Positions 29,498 to 39,445 of a stretch of DNA of 60,766 bases are shown piece by piece. Where the stretch lies: positions 1-60,766 of the forward strand of contig CANSRB010000001.1 of assembly GCA_947649285.1 (NCBI GenBank). The letters are read 5' to 3'. This DNA comes from an uncultured Clostridia bacterium (GTDB taxonomy: Bacteria; Bacillota; Clostridia; Oscillospirales; Ruminococcaceae). Position numbers and translations under genes: made by a program. The notes beneath the pieces are model-generated. The model saw only the letters and a list, made by a program, of their open reading frames with translations, was not told where the DNA came from and ran no database searches. Each line of letters starts with the position of its first letter. Within the stretch, counting starts at the first letter, position 1.

Positions 29498-31063
29498 TCA
29501 GTTGATATATTCGGGGATATTTTTGGCTTCCTCCGGGCTTTTTTTCCGGATGAATTTTTTCTGAAAAATAATCGCGCCAGTAGCGAGATAGAGAATCCCG
29601 AGAATAGTTCCGTTTTTAGGGAATAGGGCGATTGCGTCGTTATGGATCATGCCAATGAAGGAACAGCCAGCCAATACCAGGCAGAATACCGCCGCGTTGG
29701 TATATTTTTTGTCAATCAGGCAGGCAAGCATTCCGGCGATCAGCAGGCTGGAGAGGAATGCACCGTTTGCCAGCAGATTGATCCCGGTAATCGGGAGCGA
29801 GTTTTCCGCAAAGACCTCCAGCGGGATCTGTGCCGCGCTTTGCCCGGCGGACTCCAGCGCCGAATTGATCAGGGTTTGGATATATTGGAACAGGATGGGG
29901 ATCAGCGAAATCAGGATTACGGAAAAATACCGTTTGTCCGTGGTTTGGAAGTTCTCCGTACTGACCACCAGGCCGACAAAGATCAGCAGAACCAGGACGA
30001 CTTCATAAGGTACGACAGCCATAATGACGCCGGTCAGCCCGGTTAGGCAAACCGCCAAGTAGGCCAATCCGACAGCCAGGGAGTAGCCGGCGTGGGCATC
30101 GATGGCCTTCCAGCCGGGATGGCCAAAATAGACTGTGGTTGGGAATGGATTTCCCAGCAGGGAACCGACAGTAGTGCAAACGCCGTCCATAATCATGGAT
30201 TGACGTTCCGGGTAGGTATCCCCGGCAATTTTTGCGCTTTCGACCCCTTGCAGGGTGGTCAGGAAGTTATTGATCTGAAGCGGGATAATGATCGGCAGGA
30301 AGGGGATGACATCGCCGAAGCCGCCGAAGATATCGCCGGCAAAGAAACCGGGTACTGAAAATCCAAGATTGGAGAAAGAGGAGGTGAAGTTTTCCCAGGT
30401 CATATAGCCGGTTGCCCAGGCGATGATACTGCCGATCACAATGGCAATAATGCCGGTCGGGATTTTGCGGAAGCGGCGGTCTACCTTCGCGATATAATCC
30501 ATAATAACGATAAACAGCGGAAGCACCGCAATTTCCGGCTTGTCGAACACGGTGGCCATCCCGATGATGGAGAGCCAGACCAGCGCACTGGAAGCCATGT
30601 TGCCCAGCAGAGCGCTTTGCGGAACGTGCTTCACGATCCAGCGGCCTGCAAATGCACCGAGGATTTCGACCAGCCCTCCGATAAAACAGGCAGTCAGCCC
30701 TACCCGGAAAGCGAGCATCGCGTCGCCCGTCTGCCAGTAAACCGGGCCCATAATCAGGAAAAGCCATCCGGTCAGCTGGGAAGCGCCGATCCCAAAGGGT
30801 TGTGCCGTGACATTATGGCGTTTTTCCTTTTCCGCCAGCCGTTTAGCTTCATAAAAATACCAAAGGTTCCCCAGGAAGGTGGCCACGCCGATTGCCGGGA
30901 CGATTTTGCCGATAACCAAGCTGGCGGGCATCCCGAATACGTACAGCATGATGCCGATGGCAGAGATGATTTTGGAAAAACCGTCGAAAAAGACCCCGAA
31001 CGTTGCGTCCAGATCCCCTTTTCCCCACCACTTGTAGTTGAATTTTGCGGCCGTTGTTTCCAC
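29498..31063 (-). CDS. NCS2-like permease, paralogue 1
   Basis: DLDATFGVFFDGFSK; GNPFPTTVYFGHPGWK; polytopic membrane protein; GTG start. Confidence 0.85.
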   Translation of the reverse strand: METTAAKFNYKWWGKGDLDATFGVFFDGFSKIISAIGIMLYVFGMPASLVIGKIVPAIGVATFLGNLWYFYEAKRLAEKEKRHNVTAQPFGIGASQLTGWLFLIMGPVYWQTGDAMLAFRVGLTACFIGGLVEILGAFAGRWIVKHVPQSALLGNMASSALVWLSIIGMATVFDKPEIAVLPLFIVIMDYIAKVDRRFRKIPTGIIAIVIGSIIAWATGYMTWENFTSSFSNLGFSVPGFFAGDIFGGFGDVIPFLPIIIPLQINNFLTTLQGVESAKIAGDTYPERQSMIMDGVCTTVGSLLGNPFPTTVYFGHPGWKAIDAHAGYSLAVGLAYLAVCLTGLTGVIMAVVPYEVVLVLLIFVGLVVSTENFQTTDKRYFSVILISLIPILFQYIQTLINSALESAGQSAAQIPLEVFAENSLPITGINLLANGAFLSSLLIAGMLACLIDKKYTNAAVFCLVLAGCSFIGMIHNDAIALFPKNGTILGILYLATGAIIFQKKFIRKKSPEEAKNIPEYIN

Positions 31064-31084
31064 TGCCGAGGCTCCCCCTTTTTA

Positions 31085-31105
31085 TAAGTTTAATAGATAA
31101 ACAAA
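31085..31105. promoter_or_regulatory. Putative ROK operator upstream of permease 1
   Basis: TAAGTT-TAATAGATA-AACAAA, just downstream of a minus-strand TGnTATAAG -10 (31115-31123). Confidence 0.55.
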
Positions 31106-31300
31106 GAATTAATACTTATACCACGGAAAAATCATATTTTGTTCACTTTTTATTTGTTAAAATTTTATCACTATTTCAAACCAAAGTCAAGGTGTTTTGG
31201 CGAAAATTTGAACCATAGAGGGAAAAATTTTTTCCGGCGGCTGCAGGACAAAAAGAAAAGGGCCCTTCTTTTCACAGAAAGGCCCTTTTGTAGTGGAAAA

Positions 31301-31495
31301 CTATTCCTCTGTTGCGGTAAATCCGATGTCGTCCAGTTCTGCGATCGCCGTTTTGACGCAGTTTTCACAGCCATTGATCGAAACCGTTTTGTTTTCCAGC
31401 GAGACTTCAAAGTCCAGCCCGGCCGCGTTCAGAACACGGGTAATCCGCTCCACACATTTTCCGCAGTGCATTTCTTCCACTTTTAAGGTAGTCAT
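31301..31495 (-). CDS. copZ: Copper chaperone (HMA)
   Basis: MHCGKC motif, 64 aa. Confidence 0.85.
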   Translation of the reverse strand: MTTLKVEEMHCGKCVERITRVLNAAGLDFEVSLENKTVSINGCENCVKTAIAELDDIGFTATEE

Positions 31496-31510
31496 AGAAA
31501 GTCCTCCTTC

Positions 31511-31816
31511 TCATTTCATCAGTTTTTGCAGGGTGGAAAGCAGCTCGTCCACTGCTTCCTCCCGGCCTGCTTTTATATCCTCAGCCACACAGCTTTTGAT
31601 GTGGCTGCTCAGCAGCGTCTTGCAAAAGGCGTTTAAAGCCGACTGAATCGCACTGACCTGAGTCAGGATGTCGATGCAGTAAACGTCCCGTTCCACCATC
31701 CCGCGCACCCCCCGGACCTGCCCTTCGATCCGACTCAGGCGGTTGAGCATCGCTTGGATTTCGGCGGTTTCCCGGTGTTTGGTGCGCTCGGCACAGCAGT
31801 TTTGATTATTGTCCAT
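31511..31816 (-). CDS. csoR: Copper-sensing repressor CsoR
   Basis: RLSRIEGQVRG, YCIDIL, HIKSC. Confidence 0.92.
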   Translation of the reverse strand: MDNNQNCCAERTKHRETAEIQAMLNRLSRIEGQVRGVRGMVERDVYCIDILTQVSAIQSALNAFCKTLLSSHIKSCVAEDIKAGREEAVDELLSTLQKLMK

Positions 31817-31855
31817 CTAGGCTCCTCCTAACTTGGATAAGGTGGATTCCGGGGG

Positions 31856-34111
31856 TCAGAGCTTCTTCGCCCGCAGGCGGAGCGCGTTCAGCACTACGCA
31901 AACCGAGCTTAAAGACATCGCCAGACCAGCAAACATGGGATCCAGCAGCATCCCATTGAAGGGGAAGAGTACGCCGGCCGCAATCGGAATGCCAATGGTA
32001 TTATAACAAAACGCCCAGAATAAATTTTGCTTGATATTACGAATTGTATATTTACTTAATCGGAATGCCCGCCCGATATCCTTCAGATCGGATTTCATCA
32101 AGACCAAATCCCCGGATTCAATGGCAATATCACTGCCGCTGCCGATTGACGCACCAATATCCGCCTGTACCAGCGCCGGAGCGTCGTTGATCCCGTCGCC
32201 AACCATCATGACCACGTGCCCTTCGCCTTGGAACCGTTGGACAATAGCGGCTTTATCCTCCGGAAGCACCTCCGAAATAACCTCGTCTGCGGCTACCTGT
32301 TCCCCGATATAGCCTGCCGCCGCCGAATTATCGCCAGTCAGCAGGACGACACGGACTCCCATTTTCTGCAAGTCGGCGATCGCTTCCCGGCTGGTTTCCT
32401 TGATGACGTCTGCTACGCTGATAATCCCCTGGAGTATTCCGTCAAGCGCCACATACATCGGGGTTTGACCCTGGCGGGACAGCCGGCTGGCGTGCTCGGA
32501 GAGCTTTTCCAGCTTTATCCCGGATTCCTCCATCAGCCGGCGGTTCCCGACCAGGATTGGATGGGGGACGGATTCCAGGATCAGCTCCGCCCGGATGCCT
32601 TTGCCGGATAAATTTTCAAAGCCGCTTACTGGGTAAGAGGGCGCTTGCTCCTGCTCGCCCCGGAGGGTGATCGCCTTGGCCAGCGGATGGTCGGAAAGGG
32701 TTTCCACGGAGGCGGCCATCCCGAGGAGCTGATGGGCATCTCCGTCGGTGATGATCTCGGCAACCTGGGGTTTCCCCTCCGTGACGGTTCCGGTTTTATC
32801 CAACAGCACGACATCGGCCTTGTGGATCTGTTCCAGGGCTTCGCCGCTGCGGATCAGGATCCCGTTGGACGCGCCCAGCCCCGTCCCGACCATGATTGCT
32901 GTCGGGGTAGCCAGACCCAGCGCACAGGGACAGGCGATCACCAGCACCGCGGTAAAGACACGCAGAATAAAGGAGGCATCCTGCCCGGCGAGCGCCCAGA
33001 TCAGGGCTGCCGCCGCCGCGATGGCAATGACCACCGGTACAAAAACGCCGGCAACCCGGTCCGCAATTTTTGAAATGGGCGCCTTTTTGCCCTGAGCGTC
33101 CTCTACGATCCGGATAATCTTGGCTAGGGTCGTATCCGCACCGACCCGCTCGATCTGTACGGTCAGCGCGCCATTGTAACTGACGCTCCCGCCGATCACG
33201 CTGCTGCCCGGTGTTTTTTCCACCGGAAGGCTTTCTCCGGTCAGCATGGATTCGTCAACTCCGCCGCTTCCTTCCAGGACGGTCCCGTCCAGTGGGATTC
33301 GGGCACCCGGTCGGACCAGCACTCGGTCCCCGACCTTCAGACTGGAGGTCGGAACCTCGAGCAGACTTCCGTTATCCAGCAAAAGGGCGGTGTCCGGTGC
33401 TAAAGCCATTAGCTTTTCGATGGCGCCCTTGGTTTTTTTCCGGCTGTTTCCCTCAAGATATTTTCCCACCATGATAAAGGTGATAACTACCGCCGCCGAT
33501 TCATAGTACAAATGATGGGCCAGCATGGGATTGTCAGGAATCTGATAGGTCAGGATCAGGCTGTATAAAAACGAACAGCCGCTCCCGATGGCCACCAGCG
33601 AATCCATGTTGGGGTTCCGATGGAACAGCGCTTTCAGGCCGCCGGTAAAAAAGCGCCGCCCGAAATAGAGGATCGGGATACTCAGCAGAAGCTGGGTCAG
33701 GGCGAAGTTGGTGGGATAGAGGTTCATATCCAGAAAGGCAGGGACCGGCAGTTTCCAGGCGAACATCTGCCCCATGGAGATATAGAGCAGGGCAACGGTT
33801 AAAATCACCGCCCCGATGAGGTTGTTCCGCGCGGAATGATCCTCCTTGGCTGGTTTTTCCGGATGGAGAGGCGCAGCGGCTTCCGCGGACGGCTCTGGGA
33901 TATATGGCTTGATCCCATAGCCGGTTTTTTCGACTTTGGCGATGATTTGCTCGGGTGTGACCTGGTCTTCCTGATAAACGATGGTCATTTTATTGGTAGT
34001 CAGGTTGACGTCACTGCGTTCCACGCCCTCCATTCGGCGGGTGACCCGTTCCACGGCGCTGGAGCAGGCCGCGCAGGTCATCCCTTCAATGCAGTATACT
34101 TCTTCTTTCAT
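31856..34111 (-). CDS. copA: Copper-translocating P1B ATPase
   Basis: GMTCAAC, CPC, DKTGT, GDGIND, YN..M..SS. Confidence 0.96.
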   Translation of the reverse strand: MKEEVYCIEGMTCAACSSAVERVTRRMEGVERSDVNLTTNKMTIVYQEDQVTPEQIIAKVEKTGYGIKPYIPEPSAEAAAPLHPEKPAKEDHSARNNLIGAVILTVALLYISMGQMFAWKLPVPAFLDMNLYPTNFALTQLLLSIPILYFGRRFFTGGLKALFHRNPNMDSLVAIGSGCSFLYSLILTYQIPDNPMLAHHLYYESAAVVITFIMVGKYLEGNSRKKTKGAIEKLMALAPDTALLLDNGSLLEVPTSSLKVGDRVLVRPGARIPLDGTVLEGSGGVDESMLTGESLPVEKTPGSSVIGGSVSYNGALTVQIERVGADTTLAKIIRIVEDAQGKKAPISKIADRVAGVFVPVVIAIAAAAALIWALAGQDASFILRVFTAVLVIACPCALGLATPTAIMVGTGLGASNGILIRSGEALEQIHKADVVLLDKTGTVTEGKPQVAEIITDGDAHQLLGMAASVETLSDHPLAKAITLRGEQEQAPSYPVSGFENLSGKGIRAELILESVPHPILVGNRRLMEESGIKLEKLSEHASRLSRQGQTPMYVALDGILQGIISVADVIKETSREAIADLQKMGVRVVLLTGDNSAAAGYIGEQVAADEVISEVLPEDKAAIVQRFQGEGHVVMMVGDGINDAPALVQADIGASIGSGSDIAIESGDLVLMKSDLKDIGRAFRLSKYTIRNIKQNLFWAFCYNTIGIPIAAGVLFPFNGMLLDPMFAGLAMSLSSVCVVLNALRLRAKKL

Positions 34112-34246
34112 CCGGATTCCTCCATTCTCGTTGCAGCGGATCTCAGCATGATTGTGCTCCGATCCTCTCTATTTTCCCCTGTAACCCTTTTTTCTCTTCA
34201 AGCTGGACATGGATTTTTATGCCGTTTTCTTCCAGAAACAGATTAT

Positions 34247-34301
34247 AAACCCCCTAGGGGTATCTTGCTCTTAGTTTATACCCGGATGGGGTATTTGTCA
34301 A
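34247..34301 (-). promoter_or_regulatory. copA promoter with two CsoR-type operators
   Basis: TTGACA-17-TAAACT on the minus strand; AAACCCCCTAGGGGTAT (34247-63) and ATACCCGGATGGGGTAT (34278-94) C/G-tract pseudo-palindromes. Confidence 0.8.
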
Positions 34302-34399
34302 GAGGAAAATTTCCGTTAAGCGGAAGGAGCGCTTCCGTCCTGTTTGAAAAGGGTGTATAATAGACCTAAAATCAAAAGGAGAAAGGGCGGAGGATTTTT

Positions 34400-36253
34400 A
34401 TGTTGAAACAGGCGGTATATACCCCATTTTCCCCCAGGAGCTGCCGGCCGGCAGGATGGCTGAAGCGCCAGTTGGAGATCCAGGCAGCCGGGCTGAACGG
34501 GCATCTGGATCAGATGTGGCCGGATATCCAAAACAGCCGGTGGATCGGCGGGGAAAAAGAGGGCTGGGAGCGGGTTCCCTATTGGCTGGACGGCTTTATC
34601 CCGCTGGCTTGGCTGCTGGGTGATGAAGGGATGCAGGCGCGTGCCCGCCGTTATGTAGAAGCCATCCTGGAAGGACAGCAGGAGGATGGTTGGATTTGTC
34701 CCTGTTCAGAGAAGGAACGCGAAGGCTACGACCTCTGGGCGCTGTTCCTGATCTGCAAGGTGCTGGTGGTCTATCAGGACTGTACGGGAGATCCTCGGAT
34801 AGAGGAAGCGGTTTATCGCGCGCTTCGGCAGCTGCAAAGCCATTTGGACTCCCGCACCCTGCATAACTGGGGAGCGGCGCGCTGGTTTGAATGCTTGATC
34901 CCGCTGTTTTGGCTGTACGAACGCCGCCCCGAGGAATGGATGCTCGATCTGGCTTTCCAGCTGGAAATTCAGGGCTTCGATTATGAGAGGCTGTTTGAGT
35001 ACTGGCGGTTTGAACGTCCTTATGAAAAGGGACGGTGGAGCTTTGTTTCCCATGTGGTCAACCTGGCGATGTGTTTAAAATACAGCGCCCTGTACGCCCG
35101 GCTGACTAGTCGGGACGGGAATGCAGAGGCTAAGCGGATGATCCGGCTGCTGCTGCGGGATCACGGGATGGCGGTCGGGCATTTTACCGGGGATGAATGC
35201 CTGTCCGGATCCGGGCCTCTTCAAGGCAGCGAGCTTTGCTCCGTGGTGGAAGCGATGTATTCCTATGAGATCCTGTTCCAGCTTACTGGGGATCCGGAAT
35301 GGGCGGATCGTTTGGAAGAGCTGGCCTATAATGCGCTTCCGGCAGCTACTACGCCGGATATGTGGGCGCATCAATACGACCAAATGACGAACCAGATTGA
35401 ATGCAGCGTCTTTCCGGAGGAGGAAAAGCCGTTCCGTACGAACAGCGGGGAAGCCCATCTGTTTGGATTGGAACCGCATTTCGGCTGCTGTACGGCCAAT
35501 TTTGGGCAGGGATGGCCGAAGCTGGCTTTATCGGCTCTGTTGAAAAAGGAGGGCGGGTTTGGAATTGGCGCGATTGCCCCCTGTTCGGCGGAGGGCAGCG
35601 TGGAGGGCACAGCGGTTCGTCTGGAGCTTCAAACGGAATACCCGTTTGAGGACGGCTATACCTTGATCGTTTCTCCGGAGCGGCCGGTGGAACTGGAGCT
35701 GGATCTCCGCATTCCAGGGAAAGCGCTTTCCGCTGCATTGGACGGCCGGCCGGTCAGCGGTCCGGTTTTTCGCCTGTGCCGTCTTTTTGCAAAGGAAACC
35801 CGGCTGGAAGTTCGGTTCCACTTTGCACCGGAGTGGGTATCACGGCCGAGCGGCATGGTATGCGTCAAGCGGGGAGTCCTGCTTTATGCGCTGGGGCTGG
35901 AGGCCGAAGAAACCCGGCTGGAATATGTCCGGGATGGAGTGGAGCGGAAGTTTCCCTATTGTGATTACGAATTTCGGCCTGTTTCCTCTTGGAACTATGC
36001 CTTTGCAGGGACAGAACTGGAATTTCACCGCGGCCGGATCGGGAAATTCCCCTTTGACCCGGATTGTCCTCCGGTCTGGCTGACGGCACAGATGGTTCCG
36101 GTTCCATGGCGCAGGACAGGCGGATGCTGTGCAGAATATCCGGATTCCCTGGAACCGTTGGGACAGCCGGAGGAAAAACGGCTGATCCCTTATGGCTGTA
36201 CCTGTCTTCGGATGACAGAAATGCCGCTGATCGCTGATCCGCGGGAATTATAA
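34400..36253 (+). CDS. GH127-like beta-L-arabinofuranosidase family protein
   Basis: PAGWLKRQL, GWER.PYWLDG, ELCSVVE, CCTAN, LIPYG. Confidence 0.85.
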   Translation: MLKQAVYTPFSPRSCRPAGWLKRQLEIQAAGLNGHLDQMWPDIQNSRWIGGEKEGWERVPYWLDGFIPLAWLLGDEGMQARARRYVEAILEGQQEDGWICPCSEKEREGYDLWALFLICKVLVVYQDCTGDPRIEEAVYRALRQLQSHLDSRTLHNWGAARWFECLIPLFWLYERRPEEWMLDLAFQLEIQGFDYERLFEYWRFERPYEKGRWSFVSHVVNLAMCLKYSALYARLTSRDGNAEAKRMIRLLLRDHGMAVGHFTGDECLSGSGPLQGSELCSVVEAMYSYEILFQLTGDPEWADRLEELAYNALPAATTPDMWAHQYDQMTNQIECSVFPEEEKPFRTNSGEAHLFGLEPHFGCCTANFGQGWPKLALSALLKKEGGFGIGAIAPCSAEGSVEGTAVRLELQTEYPFEDGYTLIVSPERPVELELDLRIPGKALSAALDGRPVSGPVFRLCRLFAKETRLEVRFHFAPEWVSRPSGMVCVKRGVLLYALGLEAEETRLEYVRDGVERKFPYCDYEFRPVSSWNYAFAGTELEFHRGRIGKFPFDPDCPPVWLTAQMVPVPWRRTGGCCAEYPDSLEPLGQPEEKRLIPYGCTCLRMTEMPLIADPREL

Positions 36254-36303
36254 AAAAACAAGTGGAGCAGGAATTCCTGCTCCACTTGTTTTTGCTTTGG
36301 GTT

Positions 36304-36870
36304 TTAGTTTTTGGCTGCTTTTTCCCGGTCCAGGGTGATTTTGGCTTTCAGGATGGCAGCGATGGTTTTGCTGTCAGAAATCTGATTGTCCATAATCATA
36401 TCGATCAATGCGTCAATCGGGTATTTCTCTATATGGAGGAATTCGTCGTCATCCAATTTCTGGGCGGTAGGGGTTAGGCCACGGGCCAGATACATATGGA
36501 TAATCTCGGTCAGATAGGCAACGGAGGGACGGATTTCGCCCATATAGGTCAATTCCAGGGCGCGCTGGCCGATTTCCTCTTCCAGCTCGCGTTTGGCGGT
36601 GTCAGAGGGGACTTCTCCCGGATCCATCTTTCCGGCGGGGATTTCCAGTACCATTTCGTTGAAGGGGTAGCGGAACTGCCGTACCATATAAACCATCCCG
36701 TCTTCTGTGACCGGCACCACGCAGGCCGCGCCGCCATGCTCCACCACCTCGCGGATGGCCGAACGCCCGTTGGGAAGCAGGATATCGTCTACGCGCAGGT
36801 TGAGGATCTTCCCTTCATAGATCCGTTTGGTATCGACCGTTTTTTCTGTAAGCTGTGTATTTTTTTTCAA
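36304..36870 (-). CDS. nudF: NUDIX hydrolase, ADP-ribose pyrophosphatase-like
   Basis: REVVEH, QFRYP, EIPAG, AKRELEEEIG, DSKT. Confidence 0.85.
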   Translation of the reverse strand: MKKNTQLTEKTVDTKRIYEGKILNLRVDDILLPNGRSAIREVVEHGGAACVVPVTEDGMVYMVRQFRYPFNEMVLEIPAGKMDPGEVPSDTAKRELEEEIGQRALELTYMGEIRPSVAYLTEIIHMYLARGLTPTAQKLDDDEFLHIEKYPIDALIDMIMDNQISDSKTIAAILKAKITLDREKAAKN

Positions 36871-37038
36871 GCTTCTGCACTCCTTCCCCCACCCGCAAAA
36901 CGGGAGGGAATCTTTTCCTATATTATAGCCTAGAAGCTGGGAGGAAATCAACATATTTCTGTTTTTGCCGCCATAGAATAGAGGGAAAGGGTTGAGGGGA
37001 TACAGCTTCCCTCAAAAACACCGGTAAAGGAGTTCCTC

Positions 37039-37941
37039 ATGCAGCCTGATTTCTACGCAGCCCCGCCGACCTATGAACGCTATCTCAAGAAATTGCAGTC
37101 GTTAAAAAAAACCTACCCGTTTTTGCAGCTCAGCTCGGCCGGGCAGTCCCTCTGCGGGCGGCAGCTGTATGCGGTTTCCTTGGGGGCTCCGAATCCCTGT
37201 ACCCTCTTTGCAGGTGGGTTTCACGCGCAGGAATGGCTGACGGTACAGCTGCTGCTCCGGTTTACCGAGGATCTGGCGGAGGCCTGGCAGCAGGGGAAGA
37301 CTCTGGCCGGAGTCCGGATCGGGGCGGATCTGAATCAGCGGGGGCTAACCGTCCTACCGATGGTAAACCCGGATGGGATCAGCATCGCGCTGGAGGGGGC
37401 CGCTTCAGCGGGACGGTATGCGGATACTGCGGCCCGGATCCAAGCGGAGAACCCGGCTTTATGGCAGGCCAATGCCCGGGGAGTGGATCTGAACCATAAC
37501 TTTGACGCCGGATTTACCCAGCTTCGTGCCATGGAGCAGGAACAAGGCATCGACCAGCCCTCTCCCCGGCAATATGGCGGCCTGTTTGCCCACAGCGAAC
37601 CGGAAAGCCGTGCAATTGTCAGTTTTCTGCGAAGCTGCCGGGTGGAAACCCTCTACACTTTCCATTCTCAGGGGGAGGAAATTTTCTGGGAATATGGGGA
37701 GCGAACGCCTGCCCGGAGCCGTTATCTGGCTCAAATGCTGAGCAAGGCGAGCGGCTACCGGCTGGTGGAAAACGCCGGGCTGTTTTCCCATGGGGGATGC
37801 AAGGATTATTTTATCGAGCGTTTTCAGCGGCCTGGCTTTACAATCGAAATCGGGAAGGGGACGAATCCGCTGCCAGTAGAGGATCTGGACGGGATTTACG
37901 CCAAGCTTCAGGAAATGCTGGTGCTGGCGGCCGTGATTTGA
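37039..37941 (+). CDS. M14 metallopeptidase (gamma-D-glutamyl-meso-DAP peptidase-like)
   Basis: HAQEW, NPDG, NARGVDLNHNF, FHSQGE, FTIE. Confidence 0.85.
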   Translation: MQPDFYAAPPTYERYLKKLQSLKKTYPFLQLSSAGQSLCGRQLYAVSLGAPNPCTLFAGGFHAQEWLTVQLLLRFTEDLAEAWQQGKTLAGVRIGADLNQRGLTVLPMVNPDGISIALEGAASAGRYADTAARIQAENPALWQANARGVDLNHNFDAGFTQLRAMEQEQGIDQPSPRQYGGLFAHSEPESRAIVSFLRSCRVETLYTFHSQGEEIFWEYGERTPARSRYLAQMLSKASGYRLVENAGLFSHGGCKDYFIERFQRPGFTIEIGKGTNPLPVEDLDGIYAKLQEMLVLAAVI

Positions 37942-37994
37942 CAGGATCCCTGGATTGGGTGTAAAATGGACCTCATACGAAATGAGGTGAGCAG

Positions 37995-38486
37995 ATGGCA
38001 GCAAAAAACAAGGAAATGAAGACCAACGTCATGCGTCTGCTGGAGCAAAAGAAAATCCCCTACCAGGCTCATTTTTACGAGCAGGAAGGGGAAGGAGCCG
38101 GCTCGGATTACGGCCGCTCGGTGGCAGAAAAGCTGGGGGAAAATCCGGCCCAGGTGTTCAAGACCCTGGTTTTACAGGGCGCCAGCCGGGAATATGCAGT
38201 TTGTGTGATCCCGGTGGAACGGGAACTGGATTTGAAAATCGCTGCCCGCTGCCTGCATGAAAAATCGGCAGCCCTGATCCCGGTCAAGGAGCTGCTCCCG
38301 CTGACCGGTTATCTGCGGGGAGGGTGCTCCCCCATTGGGATGAAGAAACGCTTCCGGACGTATCTGGACCTTTCGGCCAAGGATTTCCCGGAAATCTATA
38401 TCAGCGCGGGGAGAATCGGGGCACAGGTGTCCCTGGCTCCCGGGGATCTCCTCCGGATCACGGGAGGGGAATGGGCCGCGTTTTGA
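37995..38486 (+). CDS. ybaK: Cys-tRNA(Pro) deacylase YbaK
   Basis: KTNVMR, VFKTL, TGYLRGGCSPIGMKK. Confidence 0.92.
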   Translation: MAAKNKEMKTNVMRLLEQKKIPYQAHFYEQEGEGAGSDYGRSVAEKLGENPAQVFKTLVLQGASREYAVCVIPVERELDLKIAARCLHEKSAALIPVKELLPLTGYLRGGCSPIGMKKRFRTYLDLSAKDFPEIYISAGRIGAQVSLAPGDLLRITGGEWAAF

Positions 38487-38541
38487 CGGGGATTTTGGCC
38501 TGGAAAAATAAAAAAACACGTTTCCTCAAACGTGTTTTCGT

Positions 38542-38616
38542 TGGTGACCCCTGGGAGAATCGAACTCCCGATTGCGCCGTGAGAGGGCGCCGTCTTAGCC
38601 GCTTGACCAAGGGGCC
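38542..38616 (-). tRNA. tRNA-Glu (CTC)
   Basis: GGCCCC...cloverleaf, anticodon loop CTCTCAC, encoded CCA. Confidence 0.95.
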
Positions 38617-38738
38617 GCGGAGTAAATTTATCTGAAACAGTTCCAAGGAACCGATTATCTTCAGAATAAAACATCACTTAAAACAAGAGACATTTTATAC
38701 TGCAAAAACAGCGAAACGATTGCCTCACTGCTTTTATA

Positions 38739-38813
38739 TGGTGACCCGTGCGAGAATCGAACTCGCGATTCCGCCGTGAAAGGGCGGTGTCTTGACCTCT
38801 TGACCAACGGGCC
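38739..38813 (-). tRNA. tRNA-Glu (TTC)
   Basis: Anticodon loop CTTTCAC, T-loop GTTCGA, encoded CCA. Confidence 0.95.
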
Positions 38814-38817
38814 GTTC

Positions 38818-38894
38818 TGGTAGCGGTAGTCGGATTTGAACCAACGACACTGCGGGTATGAACCGCATGCTCTAGCCAACTGAGCTATACCGCC
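38818..38894 (-). tRNA. tRNA-Met (CAT, elongator-type)
   Basis: GGCGGTATAGCTCAG...TTCATAC...ACCA; promoter TTGACT-17-TATAAT at 38926-38954. Confidence 0.93.
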
Positions 38895-39145
38895 ATGCGT
38901 TCACTCTTGTCAGAGAACGAAACTTATTATAACGCGGAACTTGGAAAAAGTCAACAGAAAAATGCAAGTTTGTCCATATTTGGCGAAATGGACATCGTTT
39001 TAGAAGGCGTCCGGCTTGTTTCTGACAAATCGAGCAAAAAGAAGGCGGATATTTTAAATATTTCCCGGAAACAGGGTATCTATTTTTTTGCGGCAACATA
39101 AACTGGAGATAGAAGGGACGATGGCCCTTCAAATTCTTTAAGGGA

Positions 39146-39394
39146 GTGTTTTGGTTGACTTATAAAAACAACAGCCAATTGGACGATCTGATCCGCCAGG
39201 CTGGGCAGAAAGCCGGGGTTGACCCAGCCAGCCTGAAAAATACGATTGACAGCGGCAAGCTGGATCAGCTGCTTCAGAAAATGAACCCCAAAGATGCCCA
39301 GAGGCTCGAGCAGGTGCTGGGGAATCCGCAGCTGGCACAGCAGATGCTGAATACGCCTCAGGCTAAAAAGCTGATTCAGCAGTTTATGAAATAG
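39146..39394 (+). CDS. Conserved small hypothetical protein (start uncertain, possibly TTG 39155)
   Basis: Helical ORF, first of a 3-gene co-directional run. Confidence 0.7.
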   Translation: MFWLTYKNNSQLDDLIRQAGQKAGVDPASLKNTIDSGKLDQLLQKMNPKDAQRLEQVLGNPQLAQQMLNTPQAKKLIQQFMK

Positions 39395-39445
39395 TTTTCC
39401 CGGCCGTTCAGGAGCCTGCTCCCGCGGTACGGAAAGAAGGAAAGG

